Of a stretch of 64,000 bases of DNA, positions 49,681 through 60,600 are shown in pieces; the first letter of the stretch is position 1, and the number at the start of each line of letters is the position of its first letter. Both the position numbers and the translations under genes were made by a program. Below the pieces are notes generated by a model. The model searched no databases. It was not told the origin of the DNA and saw only the letters and a list, made by a program, of their open reading frames with translations. Origin of the DNA: Candidatus Helarchaeota archaeon (GTDB taxonomy: Archaea > Asgardarchaeota > Lokiarchaeia > Helarchaeales > RDOG01); contig JAHPZH010000006.1 of NCBI GenBank assembly GCA_019058315.1, positions 32,001-96,000 of the forward strand, given 5' to 3'.

Positions 49681-51522
49681 ATGAATAGAAGAATTGAATT
49701 CTTAATTTTGTTATTGATAATTATTTTTCCTCTCTATTTTCAATCTAATGAAACTATATACAAAAATAATACAAAATTTCATCAATATTTACAAATTTAT
49801 GGAAATATTATTAGTACAAACTATCAAAATGAAAAACAGATAATTTTTTTGGATTCTGAATTTTATGAAATGGATATATTTAATATCACTTTATTAAGAG
49901 AAGGAAATATTGAAATTGGTGATACCATTCAAATTATGGGACGATATACTTTGAATTATTCCCCTTTCAAATATGTTGCATTAGAAAATTGGATGGATAT
50001 CGGTGATTATCCTGAAGATTTTCATACAATTCCAACTTTCGTAAATAATTTTACATATTATAGAAATATCACCTTAGATCCCAGCCGTTTTGATATAAAT
50101 GAAACATATTATGGAAAGATTATGTTAAAACTATTAGATATAGAAACAAGTTTTGTTTATTCAAGGCAAAATACATCAAATCAAGAGATTTATATTACAG
50201 AATCTAAAGTAAATTATACAATTCTCGAAAAATGGCCAGAAAACATATTATCTACTAAAATGACAAATATTACATTTAATCTTTTTAATAGAAATAATTA
50301 TAATTTTAAATTCAGCGATTCATATGTAAATTTTTTACTTTACGCCCCTAATAATACTATTGTACAAAATGAGACTCTATTAACAACAGTAAATGGGGAT
50401 GTTAATGTTTTATTAAAGACAAATTCTTGTAAATCTGGAGGAAATTATACTCTTAAATTATTTACTCATGGAACTGAGTTCTATAAACCTACAAATCATA
50501 CAATAATTCTTCCCGTATATAATGAATCTGCAATTTTTAATGTATCAATCTCTGAAAACGAAAAATATGTATCGGTTCCTTATGATCCTATGAGTCTAGT
50601 TTTAACTGCAAATCTTAAATTTGATTCGGATATAATTTGGAATTCTTCCTTTTCATCAGGGGTATTCATAAAGAAAGATAATATTACATATGAAAGTAAT
50701 TTAACAGTCCCTTATTTTGAAAACACTTATATTATTGATATTTGGGCAAACCCATTTGGAACTAATTCTACACTTAATAGAAAAATAAATTTAACTGTAA
50801 TAACTCGTCCAATAGATATTTCTTTATCTATAAAGAAAATATTATTTTCAAATAAGATTAAAATCACAGCCAAAATAGTTGATAATTTAACATATCATCC
50901 AATAGTTAATGATGAAATCTTTAATTTTTATGTTTTCTCAAATTCAAGCTGGTTTTTTGTGGGAAATTCTAAAAGCATTAATGGAGAAGTGAGTTTAACA
51001 AAAAAAATATCTAAAAGTATTTCAGATGGAAAAATACTTATTAAAATTGAGAACTATAATTCTTCAATTTATAGTAATATAAGTTCATATAAGGAAATAT
51101 TTTTAACTGAATTGAGTGTCCTGACTGTATCAGAAATAAATATTTTTAATTTTTTTCCTTTATTATTTAAATTGCAAACAATTAATGGAACAGATATTTC
51201 AAATGAAACTGTAGAAATATTTATTAATGGTTTTAAAATTGTTAACTTCAAGACTAAGCCTAACGTGGTTAATTTTTTACTTTTTTTAGCACCAGCTTAC
51301 GAAACTGTATTAAATTTTTTAATTATCTATAAGGGTAATGATAAAAATCTTAATAGTTATTTCTTTTTTCAGTTGAATATTAAAAGTGATATCGTTATAA
51401 AGGCTCTAGGAAATTGCGGATTTTTTATTTCTATATTCATTTCTGCAATTTTCACGTTTTTATATCTAAAAAATAGGAAATCTCATAATTTGAGTAAATT
51501 AAAAATTCGAAATGATGATTAA
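49681..51522 (+). CDS. Cell-surface protein with signal peptide and C-terminal TM anchor
   Basis: Beta-rich (Ig-like), many N-x-S/T sequons. Confidence 0.65.
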   Translation: MNRRIEFLILLLIIIFPLYFQSNETIYKNNTKFHQYLQIYGNIISTNYQNEKQIIFLDSEFYEMDIFNITLLREGNIEIGDTIQIMGRYTLNYSPFKYVALENWMDIGDYPEDFHTIPTFVNNFTYYRNITLDPSRFDINETYYGKIMLKLLDIETSFVYSRQNTSNQEIYITESKVNYTILEKWPENILSTKMTNITFNLFNRNNYNFKFSDSYVNFLLYAPNNTIVQNETLLTTVNGDVNVLLKTNSCKSGGNYTLKLFTHGTEFYKPTNHTIILPVYNESAIFNVSISENEKYVSVPYDPMSLVLTANLKFDSDIIWNSSFSSGVFIKKDNITYESNLTVPYFENTYIIDIWANPFGTNSTLNRKINLTVITRPIDISLSIKKILFSNKIKITAKIVDNLTYHPIVNDEIFNFYVFSNSSWFFVGNSKSINGEVSLTKKISKSISDGKILIKIENYNSSIYSNISSYKEIFLTELSVLTVSEINIFNFFPLLFKLQTINGTDISNETVEIFINGFKIVNFKTKPNVVNFLLFLAPAYETVLNFLIIYKGNDKNLNSYFFFQLNIKSDIVIKALGNCGFFISIFISAIFTFLYLKNRKSHNLSKLKIRNDD

Positions 51523-51588
51523 TTTTTATTAAATATTGATTTTTATCGAAAAATCTCATATTAATGAATTTTTTATAATAATTTTCAT

Positions 51589-52137
51589 TTAGCTTCTATT
51601 ATGAAAAATCTCTTTAATTATTGCTTGTAATGCCTCTAATAAATTGTATCCATTTGGAGCTATAGTTTCAAAAATTTTCTTATTTTCTAATCCCAAACTA
51701 TCTTTAAATTCATCAATAGAAATTTTAGGACTTAAATCTCTTTTATTAAGGCAAAAAATTATTGGTATTTTTTCTAAATTATCTATTAATGAGCAAAGTT
51801 CTTTCCAACTCTTAATATTATCATTTAAGAAGTTTGGTTGGGAATCCGCAATGAAAATAACACCATCCACTCCTTGCAAAACTGTAGGTCTGGTTTCACA
51901 ATAAAAATCTTGACCAGTAGATGTGAAAATATGGAGATGAAATTTCCAATGTCCTTTTTGTATTAATAATTCCCCAAAGTCAAAAAACAAAGTTCTACCG
52001 GTACTTGTTTCAATAGATTTTAAATTATTACCAAAAATCTTAAAAATATATTTAATAGATGTAGTTTTTCCCGACATAGCTCCCCCCCAATAAACAATTT
52101 TTATTATTATTTCCCTATTTCCATAATTTATTATCAT
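51589..52137 (-). CDS. MglA-like small GTPase
   Basis: KIVYWGGAMSGKTT, RTLFFD, TSTGQ, NKRD; paralog of the 11956 gene. Confidence 0.85.
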   Translation of the reverse strand: MIINYGNREIIIKIVYWGGAMSGKTTSIKYIFKIFGNNLKSIETSTGRTLFFDFGELLIQKGHWKFHLHIFTSTGQDFYCETRPTVLQGVDGVIFIADSQPNFLNDNIKSWKELCSLIDNLEKIPIIFCLNKRDLSPKISIDEFKDSLGLENKKIFETIAPNGYNLLEALQAIIKEIFHNRS

Positions 52138-52156
52138 TTAATTACCTCTTATCAAA

Positions 52157-53065
52157 TCATCCCCATAAACTATCAACATAATCTCCCACTCGAGATTTCC
52201 ATCCATCCTGTAAATATCTTGAAAAATCTACTCTGTATTCAGAATTTAAAAATTCTATAATTCGTTCAAAATTAACAATTTCAAAATCAATAGTTCGAAG
52301 AAAAGTTTTATCTGATATTTTAATATCAATTCCTAATTCATGTAATAAATCAATTCTGGATAATATTGCTAAAGCTCTTACTCCTGCATGAGCAAAAGCT
52401 TGAATCTCTTCATTGAAAATATTCGTCTGGATTTTATCTTCTTCCACATCAAAATTAATTACTGTTTTCATTATTTCAGATGATGAAGGTATTTTTACCT
52501 TTTTTTCTAAAACTCTTTTCATTTTTTCAAGAGAAATTTTGCTTTTTTCTACAGCTCTTTTTAATAATTTCTTTTCAAAACTTAAATCTAAGGATTTTAT
52601 ATTATTTCCATATTTTTCAATTTTGATTTGTTCTTCATCGTCCAAAAAAATTGTTAAAAAATATTGTTCTTCCTGTTTAACCTTTGAAATTATTTGATCT
52701 TTTGTATAGGTATCATTTATTTTCAAAGCGATTATCCAACCAGAAAGTTTAAAATTATTCTCTAATGCAAATTGAGAAGCTTCTGTATGAGAACAAACAA
52801 TTATTCGAGGAATTGTAAAATTATCTAATTCTTCTTGAATAATATTACTATATTCCTCTAATTCGACAAAATCATTATAGTATACTAATTGAGTTCTATG
52901 CGGAGCTAATGATATTATAGCATTAGCTAAATCGTCTAAACTTTCTCTATTTTTACCAATTATAATGATAGGATGTCTATCTAATACAAATCTCAGTAAT
53001 AGAGAAAATGTGTTAAATCCAAGTAATTCTATTAATTTTTTTAACGAAAATAACATAATACCCAC
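52157..53065 (-). CDS. Hypothetical protein, possibly DENN-like
   Basis: LRFVLDRHPIIIIG...LANAIISLAP resembles the cDENN core; lies between Roadblock and GTPase genes. Confidence 0.5.
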   Translation of the reverse strand: MGIMLFSLKKLIELLGFNTFSLLLRFVLDRHPIIIIGKNRESLDDLANAIISLAPHRTQLVYYNDFVELEEYSNIIQEELDNFTIPRIIVCSHTEASQFALENNFKLSGWIIALKINDTYTKDQIISKVKQEEQYFLTIFLDDEEQIKIEKYGNNIKSLDLSFEKKLLKRAVEKSKISLEKMKRVLEKKVKIPSSSEIMKTVINFDVEEDKIQTNIFNEEIQAFAHAGVRALAILSRIDLLHELGIDIKISDKTFLRTIDFEIVNFERIIEFLNSEYRVDFSRYLQDGWKSRVGDYVDSLWG

Positions 53066-53076
53066 TTAAAATAAGA

Positions 53077-54066
53077 TTATATGTTTAATTCATTTAAAAT
53101 CTGAGTTATATTAAACGTTTTAACAGATTTTTTATCAGTTTCTTTTAGATAAGTTTTTAAATTTTGAACATATTGGGGGATGAGTAATCTAAATAAGCCT
53201 AATCGTTTGTCCTCTCCTCTCTCAATGTAACAACTGAAGATTGAGCCTTTCTCTAAACTATAAATAAAATGAATATATTGTTTAGTATCACATAACACAT
53301 TTTTAACATTTGTTTTTTTTAGCATCCATATAATTCTTCGAGAGGTATCAAATAAACTAAAAGACATTGCCCCTTCTGCATCAATTAACGGATCAAACAC
53401 AAATTTACAAATAGAATATCCTCCATTTAAAGTAACAGATGCTGATTTTACTCCCGGGACGTTTTTTGAAAAATCAAGAATACACGATTTTATACTTTCA
53501 GAAGTTTGTTGAGACATTTGTAACATAAATGTATCAATAAAATTATCATTATTTTCAATAGAATCTTTAACTTTAAAAGAATCTAAAATTTCTTTTATTT
53601 CTTCTTCAGAAAATGATCTTAACGGAGGTTTATAATCTTTTTCTGAATTAGATAACAAGGTTTCAATAGACTTTAATGCCTTTTTCATTTTAATGAAAAT
53701 ACTCCCTAAATTAACAACATTTTTTGTCGTGATAATTAAATAAAATTCTGAATGAGCATTATGATCCAAATGCAATGGAGTTACAACTATTTTGGACCTT
53801 TCTCCATCAATAAGAATATGATTTAAACGATTTTTGTGTATTTCTTCTGCCACATTAAAAATTGCTGAAGTAGAAGAACAAACACCAAAAATTTCATTTT
53901 TTGAAAGCCAAATTCCAGCAGACTCAATTGGTTGTCCGTCTCGTTGAGTTAAAATAACGTTTTCTACTCCAGATATTGATTTAATTACTTTTAATTGTTG
54001 CTTTATTATTTCTAGAACCTCGGACATAAAAAATAGCTCCAAAGAAATTGAATATTTTCCTCCCAT
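53077..54066 (-). CDS. Tandem Roadblock/LC7-domain protein
   Basis: Two roadblock-like units: ISGVENVILTQRDGQPI and VPGVKSASVTLNGG. Confidence 0.7.
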   Translation of the reverse strand: MGGKYSISLELFFMSEVLEIIKQQLKVIKSISGVENVILTQRDGQPIESAGIWLSKNEIFGVCSSTSAIFNVAEEIHKNRLNHILIDGERSKIVVTPLHLDHNAHSEFYLIITTKNVVNLGSIFIKMKKALKSIETLLSNSEKDYKPPLRSFSEEEIKEILDSFKVKDSIENNDNFIDTFMLQMSQQTSESIKSCILDFSKNVPGVKSASVTLNGGYSICKFVFDPLIDAEGAMSFSLFDTSRRIIWMLKKTNVKNVLCDTKQYIHFIYSLEKGSIFSCYIERGEDKRLGLFRLLIPQYVQNLKTYLKETDKKSVKTFNITQILNELNI

Positions 54067-54211
54067 TTTTTATAGAAATTTATATTTAAACCCCTTTTTT
54101 AGAAATTTAGGTAAGAATTTAATTGAGGAGGAAAAAAAAAACGTTGTATTAAAATAAATTCCAAAATAAATTTATATAAAAAATTTTATAGAATTATATA
54201 ATCTTAATAAA

Positions 54212-54532
54212 ATGAATAAACACACTTCGGGATTAAAACCTATGTCAATTGGGATTAAAAGATTAGTTCTTGATGTATTGAAACCTCATAATCCGTCTTT
54301 ACCTTATTTAGCAAACCAAATTGCAAAAATTCAAGGAATTAACGGAGTTAATATTTCTTTAATTGAAATGGATAAAGAGACACAATCTATTAAAATGACT
54401 ATAGAAGGCGAAAACCTAATTTTTGACGATTTGAAAGAAAAATTAGAAGAATGGAACTGTGCAATTCATTCTGTTGATCAGGTGGTCGCAGGAAAATCTA
54501 TTATAGAAGAAGTTCGTACACACCAAGAATAA
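54212..54532 (+). CDS. DUF211 family protein
   Basis: IKRLVLDVLKPH...AIHSVDQVVAG. Confidence 0.9.
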   Translation: MNKHTSGLKPMSIGIKRLVLDVLKPHNPSLPYLANQIAKIQGINGVNISLIEMDKETQSIKMTIEGENLIFDDLKEKLEEWNCAIHSVDQVVAGKSIIEEVRTHQE

Positions 54533-54650
54533 TTTACTCTTAATGTATCTCCTATTTTTATTTTTAATGCTAGAATAAATTAAATAGAAATATGTAATTT
54601 CTTTGATTAATAAAGAAATGTAACTTCAATGATTCATAATTATTAATCAG

Positions 54651-56051
54651 ATGATTATAATGAAAGATTTTTTGATGAGTTTAATTGATAAGGGCTTAGA
54701 AGATGTTGAATTTATCGATATGAGGATAAATGACATTCAAAGTTTTATTATTAGAATTACAAATGGGATATCAAGAGAAATGATGGAAGCAAACGAAGAA
54801 GGAATTGGAATCAGAGCATTTAATTCTGGTTCATGGGGGTTCTCTTGTTCTAATCTATTAGATAAGATATCAATCGAAAAAACAATGAAAAATGCAATTA
54901 AACTTGCAAAGGCAAATGAAAATAAAGTTAAAAATAAGTTCAGAATAAAAGAATTTCAATCAATTCAAAAATCAAGCAAAATTCCATTTAAAATAAATAT
55001 TCAAGATGTAGACGTTAATGACAAAATTGAATATGTATTAAATCTAGATAAACAAGGAAAAGAGTTTGATAAACGAATTGTAAATACAAATGTTATTTAC
55101 ATGGATGGTATAATTAATAATCTTGTCTGTAATTCGTTTGGGACTATTATCGAATCTACCAAGAGTATAGTTCGAACTATTTGTTCAAATTATTCTTTTG
55201 AAAATGGAATTAGACAGAGGGGATTTTCGAGTATTGGTGGTACTGGTGGATATGAAATAATAAAAAATGAGAAAGCAGAAAAATTAGGCATTGAAGCTTC
55301 TGAACAAGCCATACGTTTATTAAAAGCAAAACCTGCAAAAGCTGGTACATTTTCAGCAATTTTAGATCCTAAATTGAGTTCTGTATTCATTCATGAAGGA
55401 CTAGGTCATTGTTGTGAGGCCGACACGGTTCTTTCTGGTGAATCAATTTTAGAAAATAGAATTGGAGAAGTAATTGGTTCGAATAAGGTAACAATTATTG
55501 ATGATCCAACTCAAATTGGACATTATGGCTCTTATTTATTTGATTCGGAAGGAACCCCCGCTCAAAAGAAGATTTTAATAGAAAATGGAATTTTGAAAAG
55601 CTTTTTACATAGTATTGAAACTGCAAGTCGAATGAACTTGGAAAAATCAACAGGGAATGCTCGAGCAGAGAATTATCAAAATGTTCCCATAGTTAGGATG
55701 TCAAGTATTTACATTGATAAAGGTGATCACACTCTTGAAGAAATGTTAGAATTAGTAAATAATGGGATATATGCTAGTGGATGGTTGTATGGTTATACAG
55801 ATACAGCTAAAGGCTTACATCAATTTAAAGCAGCTGAAGCATATTTAATTGAAAATGGAGAATTAACTACACCATTGAGAGATTGTGCAATTTCTGGAAT
55901 GACTCTGGAAGTCTTAAAAAATATTTTAGCTGTAGATAAAAAATTAGAATTTACACCAGGAACATGCGGAAAAGCTGGTCAATATGTTCCAGTTAGTGAT
56001 GGAGGGGCACATGTTCTGGTACAAAATGTAACTTTTGGTGGATTATCTTAA
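54651..56051 (+). CDS. tldD: TldD metalloprotease
   Basis: HEGLGH..EAD, DSEG, GNARA, CGKAGQ.VPV. Confidence 0.92.
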   Translation: MIIMKDFLMSLIDKGLEDVEFIDMRINDIQSFIIRITNGISREMMEANEEGIGIRAFNSGSWGFSCSNLLDKISIEKTMKNAIKLAKANENKVKNKFRIKEFQSIQKSSKIPFKINIQDVDVNDKIEYVLNLDKQGKEFDKRIVNTNVIYMDGIINNLVCNSFGTIIESTKSIVRTICSNYSFENGIRQRGFSSIGGTGGYEIIKNEKAEKLGIEASEQAIRLLKAKPAKAGTFSAILDPKLSSVFIHEGLGHCCEADTVLSGESILENRIGEVIGSNKVTIIDDPTQIGHYGSYLFDSEGTPAQKKILIENGILKSFLHSIETASRMNLEKSTGNARAENYQNVPIVRMSSIYIDKGDHTLEEMLELVNNGIYASGWLYGYTDTAKGLHQFKAAEAYLIENGELTTPLRDCAISGMTLEVLKNILAVDKKLEFTPGTCGKAGQYVPVSDGGAHVLVQNVTFGGLS

Positions 56052-56069
56052 TGCATTATTGGAGTTCTG

Positions 56070-57440
56070 ATGATGAATAAAATAGATTTAATAAATATGG
56101 GTCAAAAAGCAATAAAACAAATGCAAAAAAAAGGTATTGATCAGTCTGAATTGTGTGTAATTAAATCTAGAGAAATATCTATTGAAATTGAGAGGGGGTC
56201 AATAAAATATTCTAAAGAAATTACTGATTTTGGATGTTCTATTCGAGCAATAAAAAATGGGTGCTTGGGTTTTAGCTATACTACATCAATAACTCCGAAA
56301 TCAATTTCTCAACTAATAAATAGAGTAGAAAAATTAACAAATGTTGGACTTCATGACCCTGACTTTAAAAGTCTTCCAACTCCAAAAAAAATACCCAAAG
56401 TTTATGGAATATATGATTCTAATATTGCAAATTTGGATGTTTCTGAAGCTGTAGAATTAATTCTTAATCTTTTAGATAATGCCAATATTGATAAAAGAAT
56501 ACACTCAATAAATTCTTCTTTAAATTGTTCTTATGAACAGACTTTCATTATGAACTCTCTTGGGGTAGAAGCTATTGAAGAAAATAAAAATGGGCATACA
56601 TCGATTACAGTTTATGCGGAAATAACGGCAAAACAAGGTCAAGAAATGAGTTCTGGTTTTGAATTCCAAAATGGAAGATTCATTAAAGAAATAAACGTCG
56701 AAGAAATAGGAAAAAACGCCGCAAAACTAGCTATTGACAGCTTAGGAGCGAAAAACATCAAAACCTGTGAGCTTCCTATAGTTTTTCATCCGATTGCACT
56801 TTATAATATATTCTCAACGGCTATTGGAAATTCTATTAATGCAGAATCTATTCAATATGGAAGAAGTTATTTGTTAGATAAATTAAACAAAGAAATTGCT
56901 ATTAAAGAGTTTGAAGTCACTGATGATGGCATTTATATAAAAAATGGAATAGCGGGTTTAGGAACTTCAGCTTTTGATGGGGAAGGAACTCCTCAACAAA
57001 AAACTCAAATAATAAAAGAAGGAATTTTAAAAAATTATTTACATAATTCTTATACAGCAGGAAAAGCTGATACAGAAAGTTCAGGAAACGCATCAAGAGG
57101 AAATTTCAGAAGAATTCCAACAATTTCACCAACTAATTTGATAATAAAACCTGACAATGGTAAATTAGATAATCTAATTTCAGAAACTAAAGAGGGAATT
57201 TTAGTTATTTGGACAGGAGATAGACCAAATTTAGCAACAGGAGAATTTTCTGGTTTAATTGGTGCAGGGTTTAAAATTGAAAATGGTGAAATTACATTTC
57301 CTTTAAAACAAACAATGATTGGAATAAATATGTTAGATTTTTTTCAAAGAATAGATAGGATTGGGAACGATCTAAGACAAGTATCCCATATAATTACACC
57401 ATCAATTCGAATAAATAAAGGAAAAATAGGCGGAAAATGA
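56070..57440 (+). CDS. pmbA: TldE/PmbA protein
   Basis: FDGEG, SGNA.R, ATGEFS; lacks HExxH; adjacent to tldD. Confidence 0.88.
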   Translation: MMNKIDLINMGQKAIKQMQKKGIDQSELCVIKSREISIEIERGSIKYSKEITDFGCSIRAIKNGCLGFSYTTSITPKSISQLINRVEKLTNVGLHDPDFKSLPTPKKIPKVYGIYDSNIANLDVSEAVELILNLLDNANIDKRIHSINSSLNCSYEQTFIMNSLGVEAIEENKNGHTSITVYAEITAKQGQEMSSGFEFQNGRFIKEINVEEIGKNAAKLAIDSLGAKNIKTCELPIVFHPIALYNIFSTAIGNSINAESIQYGRSYLLDKLNKEIAIKEFEVTDDGIYIKNGIAGLGTSAFDGEGTPQQKTQIIKEGILKNYLHNSYTAGKADTESSGNASRGNFRRIPTISPTNLIIKPDNGKLDNLISETKEGILVIWTGDRPNLATGEFSGLIGAGFKIENGEITFPLKQTMIGINMLDFFQRIDRIGNDLRQVSHIITPSIRINKGKIGGK

Positions 57441-57672
57441 AATATTATTTAATTCAAATGCTTTTATTTAATTAATAAAGATGTACAGTAGGCTCAATAC
57501 TCAAGATCTTTCTCATTACTATTATTTTCAAATAGCTCGATGGGGTCATGAAATCATTACCTACTGCAAGTGATAGTAGTATTGAAAATATTTTTTTATT
57601 TTTTGTATTTTTAAAGAAGCATAGATTTGTTTGGTTTAAATTTAATTGTTTTAGTTAATTTTTGAAATTATA

Positions 57673-60600
57673 ATGAAACCATCCAAAACGAAAATAATAA
57701 GTTTTGAAAAGGATAGAAAGAATATATTAAAACTTATTGGGATTTTTATATTTTATACTAGTTTTGTAGGCATTTTAAACTATTTATTGCTTAATTTTCA
57801 AAATGTTAGTCCCCTCTCCTTATTAATTACATCTTATCAGCTCGAATTATTTAGTAAATTTATTCCAATTTTCGGAATTTTAATTATTACTTATATATTT
57901 TGGTATCTACGTAAAAAAGCAGATTTTAATAATAGTAAAAATGTAAAAAAAATAGATTTAATCATTATAACGCTAATTCTTTCTAATTTATTATTATTTT
58001 ATTTATTATATACAACTCCAATTTTTAAAATTGGACTAAATTATGGTTTATTAACTAATATTTTCTCAATATTTAATTCAATCAACTATTTATTTTTTAA
58101 TATTCAATTTTTAATATATTTAGTTAATGGATTTTTAATTAATTCCATTTCAATTTACTTAGTATTATCCACATTCATAAAAAAAACAAGAAAAAAAATT
58201 GTTTTGAGTTTTTTATTTTCATTAATAGTTTATGGAATTTTAATTATCTATTTACATATTTTTGAATTTTATTCAGAGCACATTCTAATATTGTCATTTT
58301 TTATTATTATTTGGCAAATTCCTTTAATGAAAATGTCTTATTTGTTTTTAAAATATAAAAATATTGATTTAAAAAATCATGGTATTCGTTCATTTGCACT
58401 AATCTTTAATAATAAAAATTATAGACGTGGTTTATCTATTTTAGAAGTCGCGCAAATTTCTAAAAATATGATTACAAGAGAAAATAGACAGATACCAAGA
58501 ACTTTAGATAAACTCATTGTTCCAGGACAAAAACAATATTTATTCTATCATCTTTTGCCACTTGCAGATGATATTCAGCAATTAAGTTATGAGATAGTTA
58601 TCTCAAAGTATTCCATTAAATTAAGATTTTATATTTCAATTTTTGGCAATTTGATCGAGGAAGAACTAATTAATAAGCTAAGAGATAATTCAGATCTTGT
58701 GGAAACTGCGTTTAAATCAAGTTTTAAAGATATTGAATTTAAGAATTTAGTAGGACAAGAATTATTAGATGCTTGGAGTGAGATTGTTGAATATGGGAAT
58801 TATTCATTTAAACGTGTAAGAGATGAAATTATTGAAATTAACAGGACAACTAATAACTTATATTTATCAATACTTAATTTAGATTCAATAGCACCTATCA
58901 ATGCAAATTCAGCTTTAACTCAAATTGATCAACTTATAAATAATATTTTGACTCATAATATTTCTGTCCATTACATAAGCGTCATTGAACCAAGTTCAAA
59001 ATTTGATTTTTTTAAACAGCTTGAAAAATTTCAGGATTCAAATTTAGCTAATAAAACTTTAGATAAATTCACACTAGAAGATAAGTTACACCATGAATTA
59101 TTAAATATAAGACACTCTGAATATATCCAAATGTGGAATTCATCGACATATATAGTAATAAAAGCGCTAGATCTTGAAATATTAAAAAGACATATACAAA
59201 AAATAAAAGCAATTTTTAAACAAGTATTTTCAAACTCAATGGTTACAGGCAATGTAAAAATTTTAGAAAAAAAAGAGCTAGAAAAAGCCCTACCTAAAAT
59301 TATAATGCGTGATAGAATAAATAATATAAAAATGAGTTCAGAACAAGTAATTTCTACATTTCATCTTCCAGAAAGCGTTGTTCCATCAATATCAATTAAG
59401 AAAGATATTCCATTATTCGAAATTCCACCAAAATTAGAGAAACTTGATAAAAGAAAAATAAAGATTGGAACGATTTATCATGGAGATAAATTACTATATA
59501 ATTCTTATATAGATTTAGAAGAATTAAGATTGAATATGTTTATAGTTGGACAAATTGGGATGGGAAAAACAGAATTTGCTAAAAATATCTTGAAAGAATT
59601 ATATAAAACTGTGCCAAATATAAACTGGTTAGTATTAGAATGGAAAGGGGATTATAAAGATTTGATTACGCGAATAAATGAGCCTATTCAAGTAATAAAT
59701 GTAGGTTCTGAAAAGAATCCTTTGAAATTAAATATTTTCGATCCAAATAGAGCAAATCCTGAAAATCATGCTATGAAAATATTTTCAATTATTAAAGAGA
59801 TTTTTAAAAGTAGCTATAAATCCCGTTCATATTTAGCTAATTATGAATTAAGCCCTCAAATGGAAAAAATTGCTCGTGATGTATTAATTGAATGTATGAG
59901 AAATCCAAATAAAAGGAACTTTAAGGCTTTTTTTAATGAATTAAAAGAATATGAAAAAAAATATTTTGGTAGTCAGAAAAGTTCTATAACAATGAGTGTA
60001 GCTGCAATAGAAAATCGTTTTCAACGGTTAACCACTGGTGTTTTAGGGAGAGTATTAAATACGGAGAATTCAAACGTTAATTTCCAAGATTTAATGAATA
60101 GGAAAATTATTTTTGATTTAAGTTCGGTTATATTTAATGAAGGAACTAAGGAAGATGTCAGACTTTTAATTAATTTAATTTTAAAATATGTAATTGATCA
60201 AGCTTTAAGAAGGGGACCGACACCTGAATTAAAACACATCGTTATATTAGAAGATTCACAGTTATTAGTTCCTGAGGTATTAAGGGAAGTGCCAGAGACG
60301 ACATTAGGGGAAGATATTCCACTTTTATTAAGAAGTGTGGGTGAAGCAATGATTTCTGTTGCTACACGACCCCAAATATCACCTGATATAATATCAAATT
60401 CCGCAATTAAAGTCACATTTAAATTAAATCAAGCTGATGATACTATTAAAGTTGCAAAATATCAAAATTTGAATGAAGAACAAGAACAATATCTAAGACT
60501 GACAAAAAAACAAGAAGCTATTGTAACTACACTTAATTTTCCTTATCCTTTCAGAATTAAAACAGTCACTTCTTATCCTAAAACTGTTACGGATGTCGAT

